Numbered from the stretch's first letter, positions 11,491 through 21,084 are shown. The stretch: 64,000 bases of DNA from an uncultured Armatimonadetes bacterium (GCA_963717145.1 OY970325.1:4000001-4064000); one strand, 5' to 3'. Notes: generated by a model not told the origin, from the sequence alone. Translations and numbers: made by a program.

Positions 11491-12192
11491 ATGCCGAGAG
11501 GAAGAGGACGAACCTGGATACGGAATGCGCTGATGCTGCTCGCGGCCGCTGCTGTTGTCGTTCCGGTTTCGGCATATTGGATCCGCCACCTGCGAAATGT
11601 ATCCAGGGAGCGGACATGCGCCGAGAACCTCAAGCACCTCGGTGAGGCGTGCGCGATGTACCAGTCCGACTGGCACGATGTCCTCGTCCCCTACGGCTCG
11701 CCATTCGCCTGGACCGGTCACATGTGGCCCGAGCTGCTGGACCCTTATATTCGGAAGATACCGGGGCTTGCCGAAGAACCGATCATCGGACGCTTTTTTG
11801 AGTGTCCGGAGTTCCCTCCCGAACACGAGATGTCGTGCGGCGAGAGGTCCTATGGGATGAATGCGGAGTGCGGAGGCTGGATGTTGAAAGAGAAACCGAT
11901 TGTCGTTCGCCTGAAGGCCGTCAAGTTCCCCGGCAAGACGATCAGAATAGCGGAAACTCAATGGCTCGGGAACGGTGGTGACACCCTCTTTGCCGCGCGG
12001 CCGAGCGAATTCAAGCCTGGTGATGAACTCTGCCGCCTGTTTCCCCTCAGGCATCGTGGCAAAGGAAACGTCCTCTGGATCGACGGGCACGTCTCGGCCA
12101 TGACTCTGGCTCAGTACAACATGCGGGACAAGGGCCCGTATGACGGCAACATCTGGCTTCGTCTCGAAGGCCCCAAGCCACCCCTCCCGTGA
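11491..12192 (+). CDS. Pseudopilin-like DUF1559/H-X9-DG domain protein, copy 2
   Basis: Same architecture; termini near-identical to copy 1. Confidence 0.8.
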   Translation: MPRGRGRTWIRNALMLLAAAAVVVPVSAYWIRHLRNVSRERTCAENLKHLGEACAMYQSDWHDVLVPYGSPFAWTGHMWPELLDPYIRKIPGLAEEPIIGRFFECPEFPPEHEMSCGERSYGMNAECGGWMLKEKPIVVRLKAVKFPGKTIRIAETQWLGNGGDTLFAARPSEFKPGDELCRLFPLRHRGKGNVLWIDGHVSAMTLAQYNMRDKGPYDGNIWLRLEGPKPPLP

Positions 12193-12218
12193 TTTCGCTA
12201 AGCAAGGATGTGATTGGA

Positions 12219-12918
12219 ATGCCGAGAGGAAGAGGACGAACCTGGATACGGAATGCGCTGATGCTGCTCGTGGTCACTGGCCTGGTCGCGTCGGTGCTGG
12301 CTTACGCGATGCCCCACATGCGGGAGGTATCCAGACAGCAGACATGTGCCGAGAACCTCAAGCACCTGGGTGAGGCGTGCGCGATGTACCAGTCCAACTG
12401 GCATGATGTCCTCGTCCCGTACGGCTCGCCGTTCGCCTGGACGGGTCATAAGTGGAACGAGCTGTTGTATCCCTATGTTCAGAAGTTGCCGGGGTTTGCC
12501 GACCAACCGATGAAGCGGGCACGCGTCTTCATGTGTCCGGCGCTCCCTCCGGAAGAGGAGTGCAGCTTTAGTGAAGGCTATGGGATGAACAGGGAATGCG
12601 GAGGCTGGATGACGGGAGACAAGCCGGTTGTTGTTCGACTGAAGTCAGTCAAGTACCCCGCTCGGACGGTCAGGATAGCCGATACTCGGAAGCGTGGGTC
12701 GGGTGGCACCAGTTCTTGCTGCACGGCCCAGCGAATTCGTTCCAAACGATGTGACCCGCCCCATGTTCCCTGAGCGGCACATGGGCAGGGGGAACGTCCT
12801 CTGGATCGACGGGCACGTCTCGGCCATGACCCGGGCTCAGTACAATATGCGGGACAAGGGCCCATACGACGGCAACATCTGGCTCCGCCTCGAAGGCCCC
12901 GAACCACCGCTCCCGTAG
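12219..12918 (+). CDS. Pseudopilin-like DUF1559/H-X9-DG domain protein, copy 3 (frameshift ~12710)
   Basis: ORFs 12189-12773 and 12694-12918 together match the full length of copies 1 and 2. Confidence 0.75.
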
Positions 12919-12967
12919 CCCATCACGCCAGTACTCCAGTACTCCAGTACCCCCACACTCCAACACT

Positions 12968-12994
12968 CCAATACTCCCGCTTTCCTTCCGATAA
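12968..12994 (+). promoter_or_regulatory. Possible sigma28 (FliA/SigD)-type promoter
   Basis: CCAA-N15-TCCGATAA versus consensus TAAA-N15-GCCGATAA; good -10, weak -35. Confidence 0.4.
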
Positions 12995-13023
12995 TACCGG
13001 TAAGAATGCCAGGAGGGAAGACG

Positions 13024-13785
13024 ATGGACCATCGAGACAGAATGAGGCAGCAGTTGACGTTTGCGAAGGATATCGGCTCGCGGGCAGCAGCATATGCCGC
13101 CCATGCCGTGGACGACATGGTGGGCACCGACGTGCAGGTTTCGGAGATCAACTCCGGCCTGTTCCGGGTCGCCTCGCTCATGGAGATGGTCACCGACCCC
13201 GCGAACAAGGCGGTCGGCATCTGCGCGCGCGTCGAAGGCAAAGCGCCCGGCCACGCGCTATTCCTCTTCCCATACGCCAATGCGGGCGCCCTGGTCGACA
13301 AGGTCGAGCGCAGGTCCGACGGCGACACCCGTCCGTTGGACACTCAGGCGCTCTCGGTGCTCAAGGAACTCGGATACACCCTGATCTCATCCTCGCTGTC
13401 GGCCTTCTCGAAGGAGACCGGCCTCGCGTTTCGGATGACTCCCCCTCAGATGATGGTCGATATGGCGTGGGCGATCGTCTCGAACGTCTTCACGATGGCG
13501 CTCGCCACCGACGAGCAGGCGGTCATGGTGGCCAGCAGGTTCGGCGACGGACCGGGCGTGCTCGACGGCCTCTTCCTCTTCATCCCCGGGCCCGGAAGCC
13601 TTCAGGTCATGCAGGCGGCGAGGGCTCAGAGGATGGGTCTGGCGGTAGACGCGGCCGACTTCGTGCAGGACACGGAGCAGGAGCATCAGGCCCGCGCGCT
13701 CGACATCCAGCCGGAGGTTCCGGCGGACAATGTGATCGCCCTGTCGATGTGGGACCTCGACTACGATCAGCCGAACGCGGCGTAG
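13024..13785 (+). CDS. cheC: CheC-like protein with degenerate phosphatase sites and a C-terminal extension
   Basis: CheC-like pattern (VEGKAPGHALFLF, SVLKELG, TPPQMMVDMAWAI, GLFLFIP); RBS AGGAGG before ATG 13024. Confidence 0.7.
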   Translation: MDHRDRMRQQLTFAKDIGSRAAAYAAHAVDDMVGTDVQVSEINSGLFRVASLMEMVTDPANKAVGICARVEGKAPGHALFLFPYANAGALVDKVERRSDGDTRPLDTQALSVLKELGYTLISSSLSAFSKETGLAFRMTPPQMMVDMAWAIVSNVFTMALATDEQAVMVASRFGDGPGVLDGLFLFIPGPGSLQVMQAARAQRMGLAVDAADFVQDTEQEHQARALDIQPEVPADNVIALSMWDLDYDQPNAA

Positions 13786-13826
13786 GGATCAGGAGTCAGG
13801 AGTCAGGAGTCAGAATGCGGAGATAC

Positions 13827-14303
13827 CTACCGCTTCTTGACGTTGACGCCGACCTGGACAGTTCCCACCTGGCTCGTGGCGCTCATCGCGGGTATCGACG
13901 CCTCTATCAGGCTCTCGGACGCCGGCTCCTTGGTAAGCTTCTTGCCGCGCATACTCCCGTTGGTGTGCACGACCGCGATCCCCTTTGCGTCCACGATCGC
14001 CACATAGGCCAGCGGCTTCTGGACCACCAGCTCATCGGCCGCTGCCTGAAGCGCTCCCCAGTCCTTCTCCACGATCTGCCTGTTGCCGAACGTGGCGATC
14101 GACCTCGCGGTGACCTGGGCGGTCTGCACCGACTGCTCGTGCAGGATCGAGTCCGAGGTCCGCGCGTAGTTGCGCAGCTCGAACGACTTCAGCGCCCACA
14201 GCACCAGCCCTATCAGGAGCGCCACTTCGACCCAGAGGAGCGCCCACCTCAGGGTGATCTTCTTGCCGAGAAATCCGGTACGTGTCTGTGTGTCGTTGCT
14301 CAT
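13827..14303 (-). CDS. Single-TM protein with an extracytoplasmic Cache/PDC-like domain and no output domain
   Basis: One TM helix, then LAYVAIVDAKGIAVVHTN and IPAMSATSQVGTVQVGV, then a stop. Confidence 0.55.
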   Translation of the reverse strand: MSNDTQTRTGFLGKKITLRWALLWVEVALLIGLVLWALKSFELRNYARTSDSILHEQSVQTAQVTARSIATFGNRQIVEKDWGALQAAADELVVQKPLAYVAIVDAKGIAVVHTNGSMRGKKLTKEPASESLIEASIPAMSATSQVGTVQVGVNVKKR

Positions 14304-14393
14304 TTCAGCCTACCTCCACCACTCCATTATTCCATTCCTGAGTCAATCCCTTCCCTGGTATGAGTTCATGATTGTTGGTGATACGACGCACGG

Positions 14394-14602
14394 GCTGTCA
14401 TTCTGCGCAAGTCACTGCGTCGCAAGCGCGGTTGTTTCCGCCAGAAATCACACCGTCAGTCCTGAGTTCGCCGGTGAATGACGGCGTGTAACGAAGGACG
14501 GCCTTGCTGTACCAAGCCGTCCTTCGTTACACGCCGTCATTCACCGGCGAACTCAGGACTGACGGTAGAGGGTTTCCCAGGAGGGGAACTCAGAATGACA
14601 GC
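14394..14602. repeat. Composite palindromic element with an inner ~115-bp hairpin
   Basis: Outer GCTGTCATTCTG/CAGAATGACAGC; inner ~50-bp perfect arms spanning 14452-14566. Confidence 0.85.
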
Positions 14603-14624
14603 GGGCTATTCAGCCGGGCAAGCC

Positions 14625-14652
14625 TAAAGTCCGCGAAAAAAAACACCGACAA
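14625..14652 (+). promoter_or_regulatory. Possible sigma28-type promoter for the GT4-TPR-GT4 operon
   Basis: TAAA-N16-ACCGACAA; the spacer contains an A8 run. Confidence 0.45.
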
Positions 14653-14787
14653 TGAAAATACCTTGTAAATTCGCGGGGATTCGTGGAAGAAGACGATTTC
14701 CCCGGCACAGAAACAGATTTCCGCGACAGACTAATGCTTTCCAACCATCAGATCGCGGCCAACATGAAAGATTGAGGTGAACCCGGA

Positions 14788-16098
14788 ATGAGAATTCTTT
14801 GCGTCGGAGGTGGACATCCCCCTGATCACATGACCACGCACCCCGTTGCGTACACGCATGAGCTGTCCAAGCTTCTCTTCACCCGCGGCCACAAGGCCGC
14901 GCTCTTTGCAGCCTCGCCGCTTCAGGTAACGGGCGGGCAGCCCTACTCGGTCTTCCGCCGAAGCTACGAGGGAGTGGATGTCTACGGAGTGGCGAATCGA
15001 GATCGGAGTGCCGGCCTGGATCCGATGGCCGACCTCAGCAATCCGGAGTGCGAGCGCGCATTCCAGCACGTGATCGAGCACTTCGACCCGGATATCGTAC
15101 ATTTTCAGAGCCTCAAGGGGCTCTCATCCTCGCTGATGCCGGTTGCCGCCTCCCTCGGGAAGACGTGTATCGTGTCGCTGCATGACTACCAGCACATCTG
15201 CCCCAAGCGCCACCTGCTCGATCAGGACAACGAGGTCTGCAGCGGGCCCGAAGACGGTCGAAAATGCGCCCGATGTGTCGCCGGCGACCAAGCGGACCAG
15301 GCACTCGAAGCCGCATACGCCGAGCGTCGGCGTCTGTTGCTCCACTGGGTAAACGACGCGCACACGATCATCGCTCCCTCCGCGACGGCGAAAGATCGGT
15401 TCGAGGAACAGGGGATCGACACCAGCAAGATGGTTGTCATCACGCCGTCCTCCTACGTCGCCGAGCGCCTGTGGGAGCGCCGCACGGAAAAGACATCGGA
15501 CGATGGCGTCACGTCGTTCGCGTTCATCGGCACGGTAGCCAGACGCAATGCTCCTCATCTGCTGGTGGACGCGGTGAAACTCCTCCGAGACCTCAAGGAC
15601 AAATTCCGCGTGTCGATCCACGGCCAGATCGAGGATGAAGCATACCAGCGGGAGATCGAGACCGCCATACGCGACCTCGGGTCTCGCGCGCCGGACATAG
15701 AATTCGCCGGCCAGTACAGGCAGGACCTGCTCGATGAGATCTTCTCGCAGGTCGATGTCTACGTCGCACCCCAGATCTGGAGCAATCCGCTATCCCGTTC
15801 GACGATGGAAGCGCTCGGGGCCGGCGTTCCGGTGGTCGCATCGATGATGGGAAGCGTCGCCGAGTTCATCGGGCATGGCTACAATGGTCTCGTGTTCGAG
15901 CCGGGCAACTACATCGACCTCGCTGCTCAGATGCGCCAACTGATCGAGAATCCGATGATGACGGCCAGTATGCGCGCGAACATCAACTCGCCGAGGCCAA
16001 TGAGCTGGCATGTCGACAAGATCTCCGATCTCTACGAGTCGGCGGTCGGCGTCTCCCGTGATGCTGAGTACGTGCCTGCACAGAGGAGGGCTGCGTAA
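14788..16098 (+). CDS. GT4 family glycosyltransferase with a four-Cys insertion
   Basis: PDIVHFQS, SLHDYQHICP..C..C..C, MEALGAGVPVVAS, GYNGLVF. Confidence 0.9.
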   Translation: MRILCVGGGHPPDHMTTHPVAYTHELSKLLFTRGHKAALFAASPLQVTGGQPYSVFRRSYEGVDVYGVANRDRSAGLDPMADLSNPECERAFQHVIEHFDPDIVHFQSLKGLSSSLMPVAASLGKTCIVSLHDYQHICPKRHLLDQDNEVCSGPEDGRKCARCVAGDQADQALEAAYAERRRLLLHWVNDAHTIIAPSATAKDRFEEQGIDTSKMVVITPSSYVAERLWERRTEKTSDDGVTSFAFIGTVARRNAPHLLVDAVKLLRDLKDKFRVSIHGQIEDEAYQREIETAIRDLGSRAPDIEFAGQYRQDLLDEIFSQVDVYVAPQIWSNPLSRSTMEALGAGVPVVASMMGSVAEFIGHGYNGLVFEPGNYIDLAAQMRQLIENPMMTASMRANINSPRPMSWHVDKISDLYESAVGVSRDAEYVPAQRRAA

Positions 16099-16466
16099 TG
16101 ATGAAGCCTGCAACCGCGATGGTCGAACTTGGTCGGTTGCTTGCGGCCAAGGGGAAGATACCCGACGCGATGAAGTGCTATTCGCGGGCGATCGAGATCG
16201 ACCCCGGATACCCGAGCGCATATCAGGCGATGGGTGATGCCCTCTACGACTCGGGCTCGTACTGGGAGGCGGCCTCCGAGTACCGCGACAGTTTGATCGT
16301 CGAGCCGGCGAATCCGGATACGCTCACTTCGCTCGGCCTGTGTTATCTAAGGATCAAGGAGTACGCCGAGGCCCGCGCCACATTTCGGCACGCGCTCGAA
16401 CTCGAGCCCAGTCACGCTGAGGCTCAGAGGGCGCTCGCATCGATCGACCCGGCGAAGGCGGCGTAG
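16098..16466 (+). CDS. Tetratricopeptide repeat protein
   Basis: Three TPR-like units (A..CY.RAIEIDP; LG.CY...A...F..ALELEP). Confidence 0.85.
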   Translation: MMKPATAMVELGRLLAAKGKIPDAMKCYSRAIEIDPGYPSAYQAMGDALYDSGSYWEAASEYRDSLIVEPANPDTLTSLGLCYLRIKEYAEARATFRHALELEPSHAEAQRALASIDPAKAA

Positions 16467-16564
16467 AAGCAAGCCGAGTGATCAGTAATCAGTGATCAGT
16501 TATCAGTGAAAACCGGCGAGACTGACAACTGACGACTGACAACTGATGACTCCGAGGTAAATGA

Positions 16565-17884
16565 ATGAGAATCCTCCATGTGGGCTGGGGACATCCCCCG
16601 GAATATCTGGGCAACGGGACCGTGGCATATGTGCAGGAGCTGTGCGAGCAGCTTGCACTGAAGGGTCACCGGAATACGATACTGGCGGCCTCGCCCGTTC
16701 ACGCCGAGGGCGAAGAGCAGTTCTCCGTGTGCCGGCGAACCTACCGCCACTCAGATATCTATGCGGTTACGAACCGGCATGCTCTGGCCGAGGACCCGCA
16801 TAATCCCCTGCGCGAGATCAGCAACCCCGAGAGCGAGAAGGTCTTCCGCCGGACACTGGCCGAAGTCGAGCCGGATATGATTCACTTCCACAGCACGACC
16901 GGCCTCAGCGCGTCCCTCATGCCGATCGCCCGCGAATACGGCGTTCCGAGTGTCGTCTCGATGCACGACTTCTGGCTCATGTGCCCGAAACGCGACCTGA
17001 TCGATCGATCCGGACAAGTCTGCTGTGATGCAGGCAACGGCGCGAAGTGCGGCGAGTGCATCGAGTACATGCCGACCTGCGAAAGCGCTCAGACCTACGT
17101 CGACCGCTATGAGAGCATGACCGGCTGGCTCAGCGAGGCGGACATGGTGGTCGCCGAGTCCGACTTCATGCACCGGTTCCTCGTGACGCACGGCGTCCCG
17201 GAGAGCCGGATCACCGACATCCGACCCGCCGCCAAGACCGCTGAGGCGCTCTGGGCGTGGAAACACCGCAGTCACGATGTCGGCGGCCCGCTCGTCTTCG
17301 GGTATATCGGCGCGATCTCACGGAGCAAGGGGCCGCACCTCCTTGTCGAGGCGGCTTCGATGCTCTTCGACCTGCGCGATCGGTTCCGCATCTCGATCCA
17401 GGGCACGCTCGCGGATCCGGACTACGCCAGGGAGATCGAGGAGCAGGTCATCAAGCTTCAGCATCAACTCCCCGGAGTCGGCCTCGAGAACGACTACGAG
17501 CCCGGGATGCTTCACCGGATCCTCGCCGAGATGGATGTCTGCGTTGTGCCGACCCTCTGGCCAGACAGCGCGCCTCGAACGGCCATGGAGGCGCTCGGCG
17601 CGCGCGTGCCGGTCATCGGCTCGATGGTCGGCGGGATCCCGGATCTCGTGGAGCATGGGGTCAACGGCCTGCTGTTCGAGCGTGGAAATGCGGAGAGCCT
17701 GGCGCTCCAGATGAGGTGCATCATCGAGCACCAGGCTATGCCCCATCACCTGCGCGTGCGGATCACCGCGCCTCGACCGATGGCGGTTCATGCGGGGGAG
17801 ATATCGGCGGTCTACGAGACGCTCGCGATCCATGAGGCGATGCACCGCGGCCCGTCGAGGGATGTCATTCGCAAGGCGGCGTAG
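16565..17884 (+). CDS. GT4 family glycosyltransferase, paralogue of 14788-16098
   Basis: PDMIHFHS, SMHDFWLMCP, KGPHLL, MEALGARVPVIGS. Confidence 0.9.
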   Translation: MRILHVGWGHPPEYLGNGTVAYVQELCEQLALKGHRNTILAASPVHAEGEEQFSVCRRTYRHSDIYAVTNRHALAEDPHNPLREISNPESEKVFRRTLAEVEPDMIHFHSTTGLSASLMPIAREYGVPSVVSMHDFWLMCPKRDLIDRSGQVCCDAGNGAKCGECIEYMPTCESAQTYVDRYESMTGWLSEADMVVAESDFMHRFLVTHGVPESRITDIRPAAKTAEALWAWKHRSHDVGGPLVFGYIGAISRSKGPHLLVEAASMLFDLRDRFRISIQGTLADPDYAREIEEQVIKLQHQLPGVGLENDYEPGMLHRILAEMDVCVVPTLWPDSAPRTAMEALGARVPVIGSMVGGIPDLVEHGVNGLLFERGNAESLALQMRCIIEHQAMPHHLRVRITAPRPMAVHAGEISAVYETLAIHEAMHRGPSRDVIRKAA

Positions 17885-17896
17885 GGAAACACGGGC

Positions 17897-18649
17897 TCAT
17901 CGAGCCAGGCTGAAGCTCGTGAGCACGTGAACCTGCTCCACATCGCTAGCAACTGGCAGAGAGACCTTGGTCGAGTATTCGTCCCTGAGTTCGAATAGGA
18001 GAGGCAGACTCGGGGTAACCCAGGTGTAGCCAGTCATATCTACTCTCAGCCGCGTGTCTGACATGGCCAGACTGAGCTTGTACGCTTCGTATTTCCCCGT
18101 CGGGGTCGTCAGCATTTCTTTCCCCAGGCACTTGAAAGAGACCGTCTCTACCCCGCCGCTGGCAAAGTGCGCCGAGTATCCCCACGAATCGCCCACCTTT
18201 ATTGCACAGGGCCACTGCAATGGCGGGTTGGCATCCCTTACTGCATCCCAGTGCACCCCCTCCAGAGATTCACCAAGCAAGTACACGTTGCCTGACGCAT
18301 CCTCGCCAAGCCACGACACAACCGTTTTGGATCGGCGTATGAAGCCCGCGCGCTGCTCAGAATCCTCCCGGAGATCATAGGTCTTGACAATGTAGGAGGG
18401 CACGGTTCGGCCATGGTTTTTCCCAGCAACCACTGTATATCTCTTGCTGCCAATCCCTGTGAGAGTAGCACTGCTGCCAACCGAACTCGCTGCCTTACTG
18501 TTGAGCGAATACTCGGCCTTGTCACCGATCCGGACCGTGGATCGGCCTTGCGGGGACTGAGAGGTTCCTGTCACCGCACTCCTTTGGCTGCAGCCGACTA
18601 CGTGCAGCAGACATACGAGTATTGCGATAGCCGTCACTATTCTTGACAT
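17897..18649 (-). CDS. Hypothetical lipoprotein
   Basis: Lipobox VVGC after a hydrophobic leader; TPTGKYEAYK motif; lower GC than neighbours. Confidence 0.65.
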   Translation of the reverse strand: MSRIVTAIAILVCLLHVVGCSQRSAVTGTSQSPQGRSTVRIGDKAEYSLNSKAASSVGSSATLTGIGSKRYTVVAGKNHGRTVPSYIVKTYDLREDSEQRAGFIRRSKTVVSWLGEDASGNVYLLGESLEGVHWDAVRDANPPLQWPCAIKVGDSWGYSAHFASGGVETVSFKCLGKEMLTTPTGKYEAYKLSLAMSDTRLRVDMTGYTWVTPSLPLLFELRDEYSTKVSLPVASDVEQVHVLTSFSLAR

Positions 18650-18666
18650 GGTGATCTCCCGGACGG

Positions 18667-19116
18667 TCACTTCATCTTGGCGTAGTACTGAACTGTCTCT
18701 GGGTTTGACGTGATACAGATGACACCCGCTCTCTCCTGAACCGGCAGGCCCGCTGTTCCCTCTTTCACCGGAGTGGGGAGCACGTTTCCATCATAGTCCA
18801 CCCCCGCCCAGTAATCGTAAAGGTTCACGCTGCTTGATCCCTGGCTGTTATCGAGCGTCCACTGGCCGGTGTGTTGCCATCCTTTGCCGTGCGTGGGGAC
18901 GAAGGTCTGCTCGTACGTGCCGTTCACGTTCAGCACCAGGGTCTCCTTGGCAAAAACCTTGCCGCCATGGTAGTCCTCGTATCTCGCTTCGTACGTGCCT
19001 ATCATGACGCCCCTTGTTACCTTCATCGGAGTGGCACATCCCGCGAGCAGCCACAGTCCCAAAAGGACGATGGACACTGGAAGCAGGAATCCTGAGCAGC
19101 GGTATGACCCATGCAT
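18667..19116 (-). CDS. Hypothetical lipoprotein
   Basis: Lipobox LAGC; GTY...LVLNVNGTYEQ...GQW beta-barrel-like pattern; start inferred at MHGSY. Confidence 0.65.
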   Translation of the reverse strand: MHGSYRCSGFLLPVSIVLLGLWLLAGCATPMKVTRGVMIGTYEARYEDYHGGKVFAKETLVLNVNGTYEQTFVPTHGKGWQHTGQWTLDNSQGSSSVNLYDYWAGVDYDGNVLPTPVKEGTAGLPVQERAGVICITSNPETVQYYAKMK

Positions 19117-19145
19117 AGTGCACCCCCTTGCTCGACACTCATCGC

Positions 19146-21005
19146 TCAACCCCGGGCGGTCCCAAGCTCCTCCCAGACGCGGGCCTCGGCGGCTTCGGGA
19201 TCGAGGGCGTACTGGTGCCGCATGACGGAGAGCGCCACGACCGGCGGGTAGGTCCGGCCTGTGAGCATCCTCGGCGCGACGTAGTCGATCGACTCGTGGA
19301 GCAGCCGGCACGCATCGTCGTAGCACATCCCCGTGAGCGCCGAGATGAACCGCGTCGAGCGGTCGATCAGCTTCAGGTTGCTCGGCACCAGCGCGACCAT
19401 GCAGTTCCCGAGCACGCGCCCGAGCTTCACCATCGTGAGCGTGGACATCGCGTTGAGCATCATCTTCGCGCCGATGCGGGTCAGGCCGTCGAGCAGCAAG
19501 TCGTTCTCGGGGATCGGGAGGTAGATCGCGTTGGCCGGGACATCCCACGACGCGGCGAACGCCTTGACTTCCTCCACGGCCGCCTTCCGACCGATGAAGA
19601 AGAACGACGCATGAGCGCCGGCATCCCGAGCCTTTTCGAGCTGAGTTCGGCAGAACCCTCCCGGCTTGACGAGCGAGTCCTTCTCCGCCTCGGTGACGAC
19701 GCAGACGAAGCCATCACCGGGGTTCAGCGGCCGGTACTGCGGGCCGTCCGATCCGATCTTGAACCGGAGGATCTCCTCCGTTCCGATCTGCCGCATGATC
19801 TCATACTGGCGCGGGGCCTGCTCCGGTCCGACGAGCGCGAGGATCTCCTCATCGGCCCATGCGAGCCCGCGCGGCGGACGGTTGAGCAGCTGTGTCCAGG
19901 CGTTCTGAGCGCCCTCGTGAGGCAGGAAGAGGTAGGTCCACGACTCGTCCGCCTTCGGGTCGTCCCACTTCCGGAACGCCGGGATGCAGAACGTCGGCGA
20001 GCGCTCGGTCGTGTCGGTCAGCACATCGACGCCGAGGTGGTCGGCGAAATAGTTGTCCTTCTTCCCCTTGCCATAGATGCCGACGACAGTCTCGGTGAAC
20101 TTGGCGAGCTGACTGCGCAGTTCGTCGGACATCAGAGTCGCATGGAGTTCGGTGAGCCAGGATGCGAAGTCCCCCGCGACCGTGGACGAATCGAGGCCGA
20201 GCAGGTCACGGCAGACCATCTCCAGAATCGTGATCATCGTGCAAAGCTCGCTGGAGGTCGCCTGCATGCGGGTCGAGCCCATGATCCCCATCGGGCCGGT
20301 CGTGATGTTGAGCTTCTCGATGCGCGGCTCGTCGATCACTTCGCGGCTGCGGATGACGTGTTCGCGGAGGACGTCGTCGGGGTTGTTGTATACGAAATAG
20401 ACCTTCGCGCCGACCTCGAGGCCCTTCCAGGCCGTGCCGATGACGAACGATGTCTCGCCGCCCTCGGTGATCGCGAAGAGCACGTCTCCCTTCGAGATGC
20501 CAAGGTCGCCGACCTGCTTGCCGCCGAATGCGGTGAAGTCCTCGAAGCCCTCGACCGACTTGATCAGCGCGAAATCGCCGCCCGCCATGGCGCTGAACGT
20601 GCGGTCTTCCAGGTCCTCGAACCTCGATGGATCGCGTCCTTCGGAACGAGCCCTCTCGGCCTGCTGCTTCCAGAAGAACCGCCAGGTCGAGTCGAGCTGG
20701 ATGCTCAATCGTCCGGTTGCGCCGCAGCCCGTGAAGAAGAGCTTCCCGCCCTGAAGGATCGCGTCGCGGACGACGTTCGCGATCTCTATCAGCCGCCCGC
20801 TCTCCGCCAGTTCGCGCATCTTGGCGACGACATCGGCGTCCACCTGGAAGAGGAGCTTGAGCGCCTCCGAGGTGCTCTCCTTCGCGACGTAGCTGAGTTC
20901 CCGTGTGACGGGGTGCGGCGATTCGGTCAATAGGTCGCCGAGTCGGAACTGCCCGGCCTCCGCGATAAACTTGTCTGCCTGCTCGTGTGCTCTCTTGATG
21001 TCCAT
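19146..21005 (-). CDS. SIS-domain protein, MurQ/glucokinase regulatory protein (GKRP)-like, 619 aa
   Basis: GCGATGRLS, GGETSFV, GSTRMQA, KMMLNAMSTLTMVKLGRV.GN.MV...SNLKL.DR. Confidence 0.8.
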   Translation of the reverse strand: MDIKRAHEQADKFIAEAGQFRLGDLLTESPHPVTRELSYVAKESTSEALKLLFQVDADVVAKMRELAESGRLIEIANVVRDAILQGGKLFFTGCGATGRLSIQLDSTWRFFWKQQAERARSEGRDPSRFEDLEDRTFSAMAGGDFALIKSVEGFEDFTAFGGKQVGDLGISKGDVLFAITEGGETSFVIGTAWKGLEVGAKVYFVYNNPDDVLREHVIRSREVIDEPRIEKLNITTGPMGIMGSTRMQATSSELCTMITILEMVCRDLLGLDSSTVAGDFASWLTELHATLMSDELRSQLAKFTETVVGIYGKGKKDNYFADHLGVDVLTDTTERSPTFCIPAFRKWDDPKADESWTYLFLPHEGAQNAWTQLLNRPPRGLAWADEEILALVGPEQAPRQYEIMRQIGTEEILRFKIGSDGPQYRPLNPGDGFVCVVTEAEKDSLVKPGGFCRTQLEKARDAGAHASFFFIGRKAAVEEVKAFAASWDVPANAIYLPIPENDLLLDGLTRIGAKMMLNAMSTLTMVKLGRVLGNCMVALVPSNLKLIDRSTRFISALTGMCYDDACRLLHESIDYVAPRMLTGRTYPPVVALSVMRHQYALDPEAAEARVWEELGTARG

Positions 21006-21024
21006 TTACCTGCCCTGCTCTTCC

Positions 21025-21084
21025 GATCCCCTGACGACTCCCGTCGTCGGGGCCGGTCCCGACGACGGGAGTCGTCAGGGGATC
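21025..21084. repeat. Palindrome of the GATCCCCTGACGACTCCCGTCGTCGG type
   Basis: Perfect ~27-bp arms; the same unit recurs at ~57253-57284. Confidence 0.8.

Noticed and set aside
10767-12918. DGR-type diversification of the H-X9-DG triplet
   Set aside because: Variable segments include indels and all third-position bases, with no NNC bias.
19128-20933. Long antisense ORFs (also 9054-10151, 39920-41410, 48473-50173)
   Set aside because: Shadow frames of high-GC genes with no recognisable motifs or start signals.
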